64,000 bases of DNA from an uncultured Nitrososphaerota archaeon (GTDB lineage: Archaea; Thermoproteota; EX4484-205; JAAOZP01): assembly GCA_964416155.1 (NCBI GenBank), contig CAYQCW010000002.1:76748-140747 (forward strand). Reading direction: 5' to 3'. The notes beneath the pieces were generated by a model that saw nothing but the letters and a program-made list of their open reading frames with translations, was not told the DNA's origin and ran no database searches. This document shows, piece after piece, positions 9,287 to 17,736 of the stretch; within the stretch, counting starts at the first letter, position 1, and each line of letters begins with the position of its first letter. The translations under genes were made by a program, and so were the position numbers.

Positions 9287-10075
9287 CTACTTCTTTAAAA
9301 TTTTCTCAGGGTTTTGAGCCAAGTCCTTCAGGTTCTTTTGCAGTGCGCTGAAAATATTGTCGAAGCTCTGGGAAACCTTTTTCTTCCTCTTCATAGGGTT
9401 GCAGAAGGAAACTACTTCATTATACAGGAATTCGTGCTCCACCCCAAGCTCTTCAACCTTCTTCATAACTTCCCTGGTTAAGGCATCCGTCTCTATTACG
9501 ACTTCCGCCCTCCTCTCCCTTTCAACAATAGCGTCCTTCAACGGCTTTGAAAGGAAACCGTCCACCTTCTTCAACAATGGTTCATAGGGTGAGCCGGATA
9601 CCCTAGCCTTCTTCTCATAGGCTATTCCAAGCGTAACATAGTAAGCATACTCTATCGAATCCATTATTCTTCCATCATCCTCCTTCATAGATGGGGTTTC
9701 ATTCAAATACATCCTGTAAACATTGAGCGCAACATATGCTCTCTCCCTCAGGGACATCTGTTTCTCAACGTTCAGCTCCATCAGGTTGTGAGCATACTTT
9801 TCAGGTATTACTATAGCAGGCAATTCTTTTATTCCAAGCTCCTTCGCCGCCAGAAACCTGTGTTGACCATCTATTATTATGTTGTCCTCCCCTCTTCTGA
9901 CAACTATCAGCGGTATGGTGAAACCTATCTTCTTAATCGAGCTTTTAAGCCTCTTAACGTGTGGAGCGGAGGGTTTTCTCTGAACCTCTATAACCTTAAG
10001 CTTGCTCACGGGGATTAGCACTATCTCCTGAACATAACCGTGAAGCGGCTCATTAATCCTGGCAACAGTCTCCAT
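9287..10075 (-). CDS. ParB/sulfiredoxin-domain protein (orphan, no ParA adjacent)
   Basis: VKRLKSSIKKIGFTIPLIV...IIDGQHRFLAA ParB-N/Srx motif. Confidence 0.85.
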   Translation of the reverse strand: METVARINEPLHGYVQEIVLIPVSKLKVIEVQRKPSAPHVKRLKSSIKKIGFTIPLIVVRRGEDNIIIDGQHRFLAAKELGIKELPAIVIPEKYAHNLMELNVEKQMSLRERAYVALNVYRMYLNETPSMKEDDGRIMDSIEYAYYVTLGIAYEKKARVSGSPYEPLLKKVDGFLSKPLKDAIVERERRAEVVIETDALTREVMKKVEELGVEHEFLYNEVVSFCNPMKRKKKVSQSFDNIFSALQKNLKDLAQNPEKILKK

Positions 10076-10182
10076 TAGCAGTATTAGAATCCCCTGTTAC
10101 ACTCATAAATCTTTCCATGCTTAACGCCAAGAAGAATTGGTTTGGACACCGTGAAGGCTCTCAAATAGGTATTCCAAAGGCT

Positions 10183-10443
10183 TTAGCGAAAGCCTGCATC
10201 CGGCGAAACTTTAAAAGCCATACTTTTTTCAGTTAAAGAATAGAACACCCTGTCACCCTCTTTCCCCTCAACAACCAACCCTAGGCTGATAAGCTGGGCT
10301 AAGTGCTTAGTCAAACGATCATGCGACAAGTTTGCACCGTAAAGAATGCGTGTGGGCCCAGCCCTACCGCCTTCGTTAACTATCTTGTTCAAAATGTCTA
10401 AGTAGGTGCGTGCTTTAGAATAGTACTCTTTTGAACCAGTCAA
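10183..10443 (-). CDS. small winged-helix transcriptional regulator (archaeal HTH_45/ArnR1-like)
   Basis: TRILYGANLS...LISLGLV...YSLTEK pattern; TTG start overlaps the upstream TGA; C-terminus may be degraded. Confidence 0.75.
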   Translation of the reverse strand: MTGSKEYYSKARTYLDILNKIVNEGGRAGPTRILYGANLSHDRLTKHLAQLISLGLVVEGKEGDRVFYSLTEKSMAFKVSPDAGFR

Positions 10444-10976
10444 CCCGTCTTAGTCACCCGCGTCAACGTCACTAAAAAGAATATGAATCCGAAAAGCTGA
10501 ACAACCTGGCCTAGGAACAAGAGGCTTTCTTCAATCGTCGTGAAAAGAAAGAACAGGCGGCTCGTGAAGAAACATGCAAAGCCGAGCAGGACTAGAAGCG
10601 AATTGCCGCTGTTTTATAAGTGAAGAGAATTAGGGCACGGGCCATGACGTACCCGATTATCGCGAGAGATAAAAAGTTCAAGAAAAGGATTGAAAAATAT
10701 AAGGTAGAAACCTGGTAGGACGGCCAGTATTTTGCCATTCCCATCTACGGATTCAGTTTGCGGAGTGTACGAGGCCGAGAAAAGAATATAGGCGGCCAGC
10801 TGTAGGGAGGAGAAAACGAATCCTCCTAGAGAAACGATTCCCCGTATAGCTTGAACATTCTGCTCAGAAAAACGCAGCGACAGGGGGAAGCTGAGGGTTA
10901 CGAAGCGAAGCGAGAGGGCTACTCCAAGTATTACAAACCCCAAATGCAACAGAAAAAGTCTTCTCATCGAAGACAT
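10440..10976 (-). pseudogene. multi-TM membrane protein, frameshifted, coupled to the wHTH gene
   Basis: Hydrophobic ORF 10976-10614; the same frame resumes after the TAA (NSGNSLLVLLGFACFF...VTKTG*), and an intervening TM (LSLAIIGYVMARALILF) lies in another frame. Confidence 0.6.
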
Positions 10977-11349
10977 TAGCGCGCGCTTAGGAGAATATTC
11001 TGAACCGTTAGAAAGGTTTTTGGAAACTCAATCCCTCTGCATGTTTACGTTAAAAGCTTATGCGACGACTGGGGTTTCGTAACGGGTTTAAAACCTTGGG
11101 GTGGGCTTAGGCTGCCGCCTGAAGACTTTAAGGAGATCGATAAAACGATGGCTGAAAAAGTCAAGGGAGTTTAAGATACTTGAATGGGAAAACATACTTG
11201 GCAAACTTCTCCACGTCGCCTGAAGACGAGGAAATGCTGGTGAAACCAGTTAAGGAGATTACAGACGGGGAAGCATTCAGGAGTATAGAAGAGGGGGAAG
11301 CTAACCTCAGCTGGGTATTCCAATAAGTTTAAAAAAAATAGCGATGTTT

Positions 11350-11796
11350 TTAATAGCTTTCACCCGACTTTCCGAGTAGTAGTTCTAGCTCAGTTATATG
11401 TTCCTGCTCATCCATTATAATGTGTCTTATTTCATGTTCAAGAAGCATATCATAGTATCCTCTGCCTCTTCCTCTAACTACTGCCTCATATATCTTCCTG
11501 TAAGTGTCAACAGCATCCTTCTCATCCTTCAGGTTCTGCTCAAGTATTTCCCTAACGGTTTTAGCCGGATGGGTTTCTGCAATACTCATGCTGGGCGTCC
11601 CCCCTAGCATTCCTATTAGGGACCTAAACTTCTCCTGATGGGTTTTCTCATCGTTTGCTATTTCCTTAAGCCGCTCAATTAATGGCTCAGCGTTCTCGCC
11701 GTCTATCAGCTCAGCGTGGCTGAGGTACTGCACATAAGCCGCGTGCTCGAGCTCGAGCGCATGGTTAAGCATTTTTAAGAGCTCTTCCTTCTCCAT
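11350..11796 (-). CDS. ferritin-like/bacterioferritin-like di-iron protein
   Basis: ALELEHAAYVQYLSH, DEKTH, DEKDA and DEQEH di-iron ExxH motifs. Confidence 0.88.
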   Translation of the reverse strand: MEKEELLKMLNHALELEHAAYVQYLSHAELIDGENAEPLIERLKEIANDEKTHQEKFRSLIGMLGGTPSMSIAETHPAKTVREILEQNLKDEKDAVDTYRKIYEAVVRGRGRGYYDMLLEHEIRHIIMDEQEHITELELLLGKSGESY

Positions 11797-11879
11797 GACT
11801 CATCGCACTAATACTATAAAAGCCCTGAAATAAGCTTTTCCCGAAAACACTTATAAAGAGAAGCCAGGGTTAAAGCTTA

Positions 11880-12344
11880 TTGTCCAGCCCCCGGATTAAA
11901 GAGAAGTCCGCCGGCTTCATAGTTTTTACAAGGGAAAATAATGAAGTGAAATACCTGTTTCTAAAAGTTGGGGGAAGACTCGATTTTCCGAAGGGCAATA
12001 TAGAGGAGGACGAGAACGAACTTACAGCGGCGTTGAGAGAATTGAAGGAGGAAAGCGGGCTAGATAAAATTAGAGTCATACCTGGGTTCAGGAAGGTTTT
12101 AAACTACTATTATAGGAGAGATGAGGGTACGCTTGTCAGCAAAACCTTAGTCCTATTTCTCGGAGAAGCCTTTGGGAAAAACGTTTCAATATCCTGGGAG
12201 CACGAGGGCTTCGAATGGCTAAGCTTAGAGGAGGCAATCATGAGAATCAAATATCCGCGTTACAGGGAGGTTCTTAAGGAGGCTGAACAACACAGGGTCA
12301 GAAAGACGAAGAGTGGCTTAGGCCGATGGTTCGGAAATGCTTAG
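11880..12344 (+). CDS. NUDIX hydrolase (Ap4A hydrolase-like)
   Basis: PKGNIEEDENELTAALRELKEESG Nudix box; EKSAG start and SWEH motif. Confidence 0.9.
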   Translation: MSSPRIKEKSAGFIVFTRENNEVKYLFLKVGGRLDFPKGNIEEDENELTAALRELKEESGLDKIRVIPGFRKVLNYYYRRDEGTLVSKTLVLFLGEAFGKNVSISWEHEGFEWLSLEEAIMRIKYPRYREVLKEAEQHRVRKTKSGLGRWFGNA

Positions 12345-13150
12345 AAGGAAACGAAAGTCAGCTTCCCCCTGTTAAACGTGGCTAGCTCCGAGTAGCCTGC
12401 GCACCTAGCATACTCAACTATAGAATCATAGTTTGCATCAATCTCATTCAACCTGTGAGCATCAGTACCCAGTGTTACCGGTATGCGGAGAGAACTGCAG
12501 TATTCTAAAATCCTCCGAGTGGGATATGGTTCTTTAATGGGGTTTCTCAAACCCTTGCTGGAAACCTCGACAGCCATTCCCAGATTACCTGCTCTTTCCA
12601 GGATCGTGAGCTCATCCCTCTTAAAATCACTGGGGGTTTTGAAACCCCAGTTCCTAGCGATGTCGAAATGTCCAATAACGTTGAACAATCCTGACTCCAC
12701 AGCCTCTCCGAGAAGCCTCAAGTATTTCGAGTAGAACTTGTCGAAACCCTCCTCTTTAACAGCAATCTCGAAAGCCTTCTTGTACTTCACACAGTCTAGA
12801 CAAAACTCGCCTATCCAATGGATGCTCACCATAGTGAAATCTAAATCATTACTCCCAAAGATATCTTTAAGCAATGATTCCGAGCCTGGAAAGTAGTCAA
12901 CCTCCAAGCCAGCCTTAACCTTTAAGCCTTTAACACTCTTCTCAGCCCCTCTAACCTCCTCAACATAATCCCCTATCTTAGAAGCATCTATGGAGTAATA
13001 CAGTTTTTCCATCGACCCTGGCCGTATCGCCAAGTGTTCAGTAAAGGCGATCTCCTGAAAACCCTTTCTAACGGCTTCCTCAACATACTCCAGTATGGTG
13101 GCTCGGCCGTCGCTATACGTGCTGTGAATATGATAGTTTACCTTAACCAT
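12341..13150 (-). CDS. PHP-family histidinol-phosphate phosphatase (HisJ/HisK-like)
   Basis: YHIHSTYSDG, FTEH, GLEVD, SIH, IGHFD and GTDAH motifs. Confidence 0.85.
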   Translation of the reverse strand: MVKVNYHIHSTYSDGRATILEYVEEAVRKGFQEIAFTEHLAIRPGSMEKLYYSIDASKIGDYVEEVRGAEKSVKGLKVKAGLEVDYFPGSESLLKDIFGSNDLDFTMVSIHWIGEFCLDCVKYKKAFEIAVKEEGFDKFYSKYLRLLGEAVESGLFNVIGHFDIARNWGFKTPSDFKRDELTILERAGNLGMAVEVSSKGLRNPIKEPYPTRRILEYCSSLRIPVTLGTDAHRLNEIDANYDSIVEYARCAGYSELATFNRGKLTFVSF

Positions 13151-13218
13151 GATCTCGGAAACCGTTTGTAAACCGTAAACATTATTTAATTTTTTCTCAG
13201 GTTAATAAAAAGGCAACA

Positions 13219-13226
13219 TTTATAAA
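13219..13226 (+). promoter_or_regulatory. TATA box upstream of the TPP aptamer
   Basis: TTTATAAA about 30 nt upstream of aptamer P1. Confidence 0.55.
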
Positions 13227-13254
13227 CCGATTATTTCATGGGAAGGCTGACGGC

Positions 13255-13343
13255 GGTAGCTGGGGAAGCCCGGCTGAGAAGACCCTACACGGGTGTCGAC
13301 CCTTCGAACCTGAAGCAGGCAATACTGGCGGAGGGAAACTACC
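13255..13343 (+). ncRNA. TPP (thi-box) riboswitch aptamer
   Basis: P1 GGTAG/CTACC; GGGG...GGCTGAGA; P3a-like GACCC-TACAC-GGGT; ACCCTTCGAACCTGA; P5 CAG-GCAATA-CTG; GCGGAGGGAA; all thi-box core motifs are in the correct order. Confidence 0.85.
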
Positions 13344-13537
13344 TGAAGCTCCTTCTCCTACTGCCCTCCCTAGCGCGCTGGATTAGTGACAAATCGAGAC
13401 AATACAAAGAAAGCATTCTGGCACGCTTCTATTTGATTTCCCACACTTTATTAACGAGGAAGGCGGGAGGAAAAAGAACAATATCGTAAACGCGGATTTT
13501 TTACTGCAAGGGCTGAGCCGTGTAAACGGCGCGCGTG

Positions 13538-14602
13538 CTAATCACTTTTTGGCTTAACCTCTATGTCTAACCCCCAGTGGTATTTAAAGGGAGCAACCTC
13601 CCTTATCCTTCTCGACGTTAAGAGCCTGGTTTCACAGCCAATCCTCCTGAACGATTCCTCGACGCTCGCATATTTTTCATCTGGATCAGTATCCTTTTCT
13701 AAGAAGACATGGAGATGCACTACACCCCCCTGTTTTTTAAGCGCGTTCCTAGCCGCATCAAGATACATTTCAAAACTCATAGGCAGGTTCATAATAATCC
13801 TGTCCCCAATGTTTTTCAAACACTTCTCGGATAGTTCTCTAGCATCCCCGAGATAAGCATTAACCCTGTCTTCAACCCTGTTCAACCTTATGTTCTCAAC
13901 AAGGTATTGGTAGGCACGAGGGTTTATGTCGCAAGCATGAACCTTTATACCGGGATTCTTCTTCGCGATAATTATGCTGAAGGGCCCTACTCCAGCGAAA
14001 AGATCGCAGACAACCTCTCCAGGCTTAACCAGCGAGGCCACTCTTATTCTTTCGGCTGAGAGCCGCGGCGTGAAGAAAACTTTTGAAACATCGAGTTTGA
14101 AAACGCAACCATGCTCCCGGTAGATCGTCTCCGTGCCGCCCTCGCCGGCTAAAACCTCGTATCCTCCCACCCTGTATTCGCCTGAAAGAGGCTCAGCCTT
14201 GTTGAGCACTATCCTAATGTTCTTCATGGATTTTAGAAACGCTTCCCCAATGACCCTGCGGTGATCGTAAAGCGCAGTGGGAAGCTGAAGAATGCAGACA
14301 TCGCCAATCACATCGTAAGATCGGGGGATGACCTTGAGATCCTCCTCTGACAGAATACCCTTAAGATTTTCAAATAGGCTTGGCATTCTGGCGGCTTCCT
14401 CAAACTCTTCAATCACCAAATCTACTTCAACACCTAGCTCTCTCAACTCCTCCCTCTGAACGTTCCCAGCGAGGGGTATAACTAGAAAATCTCCTGTTCT
14501 TTTAATAAGGAGAGACTTGTCGACAAGGTTTCTTGCCCTGAGTATTCTCAAAACATCCTCGCCAAACAGCTTTTTAACCCTTATGCCTCTTCCAATCCTC
14601 AT
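13538..14602 (-). CDS. trm5: tRNA m1G37 methyltransferase Trm5 (Met10+ family)
   Basis: N-terminal D1 domain, SYDVIGD, KVFFTPRLSAER, DLFAGVGPF, DINP and IIMNLP. Confidence 0.9.
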   Translation of the reverse strand: MRIGRGIRVKKLFGEDVLRILRARNLVDKSLLIKRTGDFLVIPLAGNVQREELRELGVEVDLVIEEFEEAARMPSLFENLKGILSEEDLKVIPRSYDVIGDVCILQLPTALYDHRRVIGEAFLKSMKNIRIVLNKAEPLSGEYRVGGYEVLAGEGGTETIYREHGCVFKLDVSKVFFTPRLSAERIRVASLVKPGEVVCDLFAGVGPFSIIIAKKNPGIKVHACDINPRAYQYLVENIRLNRVEDRVNAYLGDARELSEKCLKNIGDRIIMNLPMSFEMYLDAARNALKKQGGVVHLHVFLEKDTDPDEKYASVEESFRRIGCETRLLTSRRIREVAPFKYHWGLDIEVKPKSD

Positions 14603-14711
14603 AGCGGTTTCATCTGTAAGAGTTTAAACTAGTTTTTATAAAAACTTTAATTCTAATCCTTTACATAGAGCATCCTAAAGGTTTAATAAACCTCCGGCTG
14701 AGGCTTGAGCA

Positions 14712-15632
14712 TTGCCGGGCCTGTTTGAAACGATGTTCCAAATAGTTACGCTCCTTTCATTAGGCATATTCTTAAGAAGGCTTCGCGTGATTAGTGAAGA
14801 GTTTTGCAAGAAGCTTTTATCACTATCTATCAACCTCCTCCTGCCCATTATAGTTTTTCGCTCTTTCGCCGCTGTAAAAATATCCTTAGAGGACTATTTG
14901 CTTCCAGTAATCGGACTGATGCTTAATCTTCTGCTCCTAGCCATAGCGTTCTTCGCGTCGAGAAGCCTGAACATGGATAGGGCTAGGAGAGGCGCTTTCC
15001 TACTGGGATGCAGTACTTTAAACATTGGCATAATAGGTTTACCGTTTATAGAGCTATTCTTCAACGCTGAGGGCGTTACAACAGCCTCGTTGATCGACAT
15101 AGGCAACTCCCTCTACGTTTTTTCAATAGCGTTTATGGTCGCATCAAGATTCAACCCTTCCCGGAGAGAAAGATCTCTTGAAAGCAGTGTTAAAGGGTTT
15201 CTCACACAGCCCTATATTCTCTCGATAATACTCGGCCTTACAGCCAACCTTTGCCGATTAAAGTTGCCGGAATCATTCGGGTTCTTGACGAGCATAGTCT
15301 CGTTTACAAACATTGTTGTAATGCTTATTGCAGTGGGCGCGTTCATAAGGCTCCCGTCTAAAAGTATTGTTCAACATATTCTTGCAGCGACAGTCATTAA
15401 AATCCCTATTGGGGGCTTGGCGGGATTAACCCTAGCAGGCCTGTTCGGCTTAAATTCGCAAGCGTCAATAGTTACAGTTATGGTGGCGCTTCTCCCCCCA
15501 GCATTCATGACGCTTGTGCACGCGTCCACTGAAAAGCTGGACCTAGAGTTCACCACAATACTTCTAGGATTCATGCTTGCGGTTGGAATCCCGTTAATAA
15601 CATTTTACGGACTTCTACTATCTTTCTTTTAA
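14712..15632 (+). CDS. AEC (auxin efflux carrier/Mem_trans) family transporter
   Basis: ~10 TM segments; LLLPIIVF, NIGIIGLPF and LLPPA motifs. Confidence 0.82.
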   Translation: MPGLFETMFQIVTLLSLGIFLRRLRVISEEFCKKLLSLSINLLLPIIVFRSFAAVKISLEDYLLPVIGLMLNLLLLAIAFFASRSLNMDRARRGAFLLGCSTLNIGIIGLPFIELFFNAEGVTTASLIDIGNSLYVFSIAFMVASRFNPSRRERSLESSVKGFLTQPYILSIILGLTANLCRLKLPESFGFLTSIVSFTNIVVMLIAVGAFIRLPSKSIVQHILAATVIKIPIGGLAGLTLAGLFGLNSQASIVTVMVALLPPAFMTLVHASTEKLDLEFTTILLGFMLAVGIPLITFYGLLLSFF

Positions 15633-15737
15633 AAATAAACATTCCCGTAAGCAGGCTATGGACAGTAAAAGAAGAGGCTTGCCAAGGGTTTTGATAAAGC
15701 GCGCGCACTCGAGGCCTTACTAAGCCCACGTGAAAAA

Positions 15738-17318
15738 CTAGGCAGTAATTTTCTTAACAACGCCAAGCCCCCTGGTTCTTCCCTCTCTGAAGATAAAGGT
15801 GTCGCCAATCCTCACGTATTCAGGCCTTTTTATGAATTCAAACTCGACAATATCCGTGTCCCCAGTCCTCAGGGCCGGTTTCCTCATCCTGACTATCTTC
15901 GCAGCCTGCTTAACGGTCCTAGTCTGTATAACAGGCTCGTAGCCCAACATTATGGTGGTTGGATGATGCAGTATTCTAACCTCAGCGGTAAACCGTCTCA
16001 CAGCGTAGGCTTTAGCCCCAACATCCAGCAGAACCATGCCTGTCCTAATCTCATCGTAGTCAACGTTCGTTATTGCTAGCGCGGCTATTTGGCCTGCAGT
16101 AGCCTTTTCGACGTGAACCCTGTTTATATGAATAGACTTAACCCTGACTGTTCTGAAGGAGCCGTCGTCGAAAGGCCCGAGTAGAAGCATCTCATCCTTC
16201 TTAACAACACCCTGCTCGACGAGCCCGCCTACAACGAGGCCAACACCCTCAACATAAAACTTCTCATCGATAAAGCAGAGTGTTTTCATATTGGATTTTT
16301 CAGCCCAATCCGTTTTCGGTGGAATGGCGTTTAAAAAAGCTTTCAGCTCAACCAAACCTCTTCCAGTAATGTTTGAAACCAAGAATATTGGGCAGACCCT
16401 AAGGTGTGGCATCACCCTTGACGCAAGCGAAGCGTCACTGCCGCTTTTTATCAGAAACGGTATCTTATTAACCCCGGGAAGCTTAAGAATCGTTTCAATA
16501 TCGTTGAGGGCCCTTGAAAGAACTTCCGGCGGGGCAATATCTATCTTAGTCACAACAATAAAGACAGGTATTTTTAGGGCAACAGACAACCCGAGGTGTT
16601 CCCTAAAAGTCCCTATAGGGCCAGCGTTGCTTCCAACAACTATGCAAACGTAATCGGGCAGATTTCCAAGAATGCCTCTTATCGTTGTTTTTAAATATCT
16701 TTCATGACCGGCCAAGTCTATTATGGAAATAATCTTAGAACCGTTCAGAAAAATCTTAGATTCATCATAAGAGCCCAATGAATCATTTATCGAATTACCT
16801 TTTGAGTCGAAACCTAGAAGATGGATTGAAACGGAGGAGGATCTTCTAAACTTAATTTCGTGAAGATATCTCGCAACCATGCTCATTGCAGCACCATTAC
16901 CATCGTCGAGCCTACCAGATATCAACACCCCCTTTAACGTAGATTTCCCTGAATCCACGTTTCCCAAGAGGGCTACTGAAACCTGAACAGGCGGAAAATC
17001 CGTAGTTCTTCTTACAAGTATTTCTAACACCTTCCCCCTTCTCCCCCTTTCAACCCTAGTAATCATGTAGGAGGCGCCGATCGTCTTAGCTATCATATCT
17101 AAAGCCTTCAAAGACTCTTCCGCCTCTTCATCCGTGAGACCTACAGCTTCACCCTCATCGCTCACACCTATTTCGTAGAAAGCCTCTCCCCTGCCTTCGT
17201 TAAGCCTATAGTTCAACTGGGTGGCGAGCTGTTGAAGCCTCTTTTCATCACTCGGATTAAGTAAAAGCTTATATTCTACATTCCCTTCCTCTCTCTCCTT
17301 CTCCAAACTTTCCACCAA
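15738..17318 (-). CDS. GTPBP1/GTPBP2-like translational GTPase (aGPBP)
   Basis: EEGNVEYKL N-domain, GNVDSGKST, DLAGHERYLKT, TKID, EF-Tu-like domains II/III (HHPTTI, FREGRTRGLG). Confidence 0.92.
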   Translation of the reverse strand: MVESLEKEREEGNVEYKLLLNPSDEKRLQQLATQLNYRLNEGRGEAFYEIGVSDEGEAVGLTDEEAEESLKALDMIAKTIGASYMITRVERGRRGKVLEILVRRTTDFPPVQVSVALLGNVDSGKSTLKGVLISGRLDDGNGAAMSMVARYLHEIKFRRSSSVSIHLLGFDSKGNSINDSLGSYDESKIFLNGSKIISIIDLAGHERYLKTTIRGILGNLPDYVCIVVGSNAGPIGTFREHLGLSVALKIPVFIVVTKIDIAPPEVLSRALNDIETILKLPGVNKIPFLIKSGSDASLASRVMPHLRVCPIFLVSNITGRGLVELKAFLNAIPPKTDWAEKSNMKTLCFIDEKFYVEGVGLVVGGLVEQGVVKKDEMLLLGPFDDGSFRTVRVKSIHINRVHVEKATAGQIAALAITNVDYDEIRTGMVLLDVGAKAYAVRRFTAEVRILHHPTTIMLGYEPVIQTRTVKQAAKIVRMRKPALRTGDTDIVEFEFIKRPEYVRIGDTFIFREGRTRGLGVVKKITA

Positions 17319-17736
17319 GATTATTCAGGAAGTTAATTAACTTTATTAGCTTTCAGGCATAAAATAACAATAACGCACGGGTATGAAACTTTCAGCGTGT
17401 TTAAAAACTATTGAAAAACTCATGGGCAGGTTTAAAGTAAACGTGTAACAAACCGCGAGGAGAAGAAGGTCGAGGGACACCTTCTCATAGTCTAAAGAGG
17501 AACATGACTTTAAATTTGGTTAAGAAACAGGGTAAGGGAGGACTAGCATTCATTCCGCAGATAAAGGCAAAAGATATGTCAACCATGTCGTCCATCTCCC
17601 GTAGAAAACGCGTTAAAGCTATTTCATATGAAGAACTTGGAGTAGAAAGCATTAAAAAACATGGGAAAGGCGAAATAGATTTTTTAGTTGAGATTGCAAG
17701 CTACAGGAATCCATTGGCACGAGGTTTAGACCCGCC

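Noticed and set aside
11095-11327. Two GCCTGAAGAC copies and protein-like fragments, possible IS end or repeat
   Set aside because: Only a 10-bp match with no convincing hairpin or terminal motif; more likely a degraded gene fragment I cannot identify
13238-13489. 83-aa + strand ORF
   Set aside because: Runs through the TPP aptamer, starts too close to the TATA box and has no recognisable protein features; at most its middle is a relic signal peptide
17320-17736. Intergenic region with a GAGAAG...CTTCTC hairpin and the 119-aa ORF 17504..17863
   Set aside because: The ORF overlaps the pyrG 3' end antisense and has no motif; one hairpin is not enough to call an RNA
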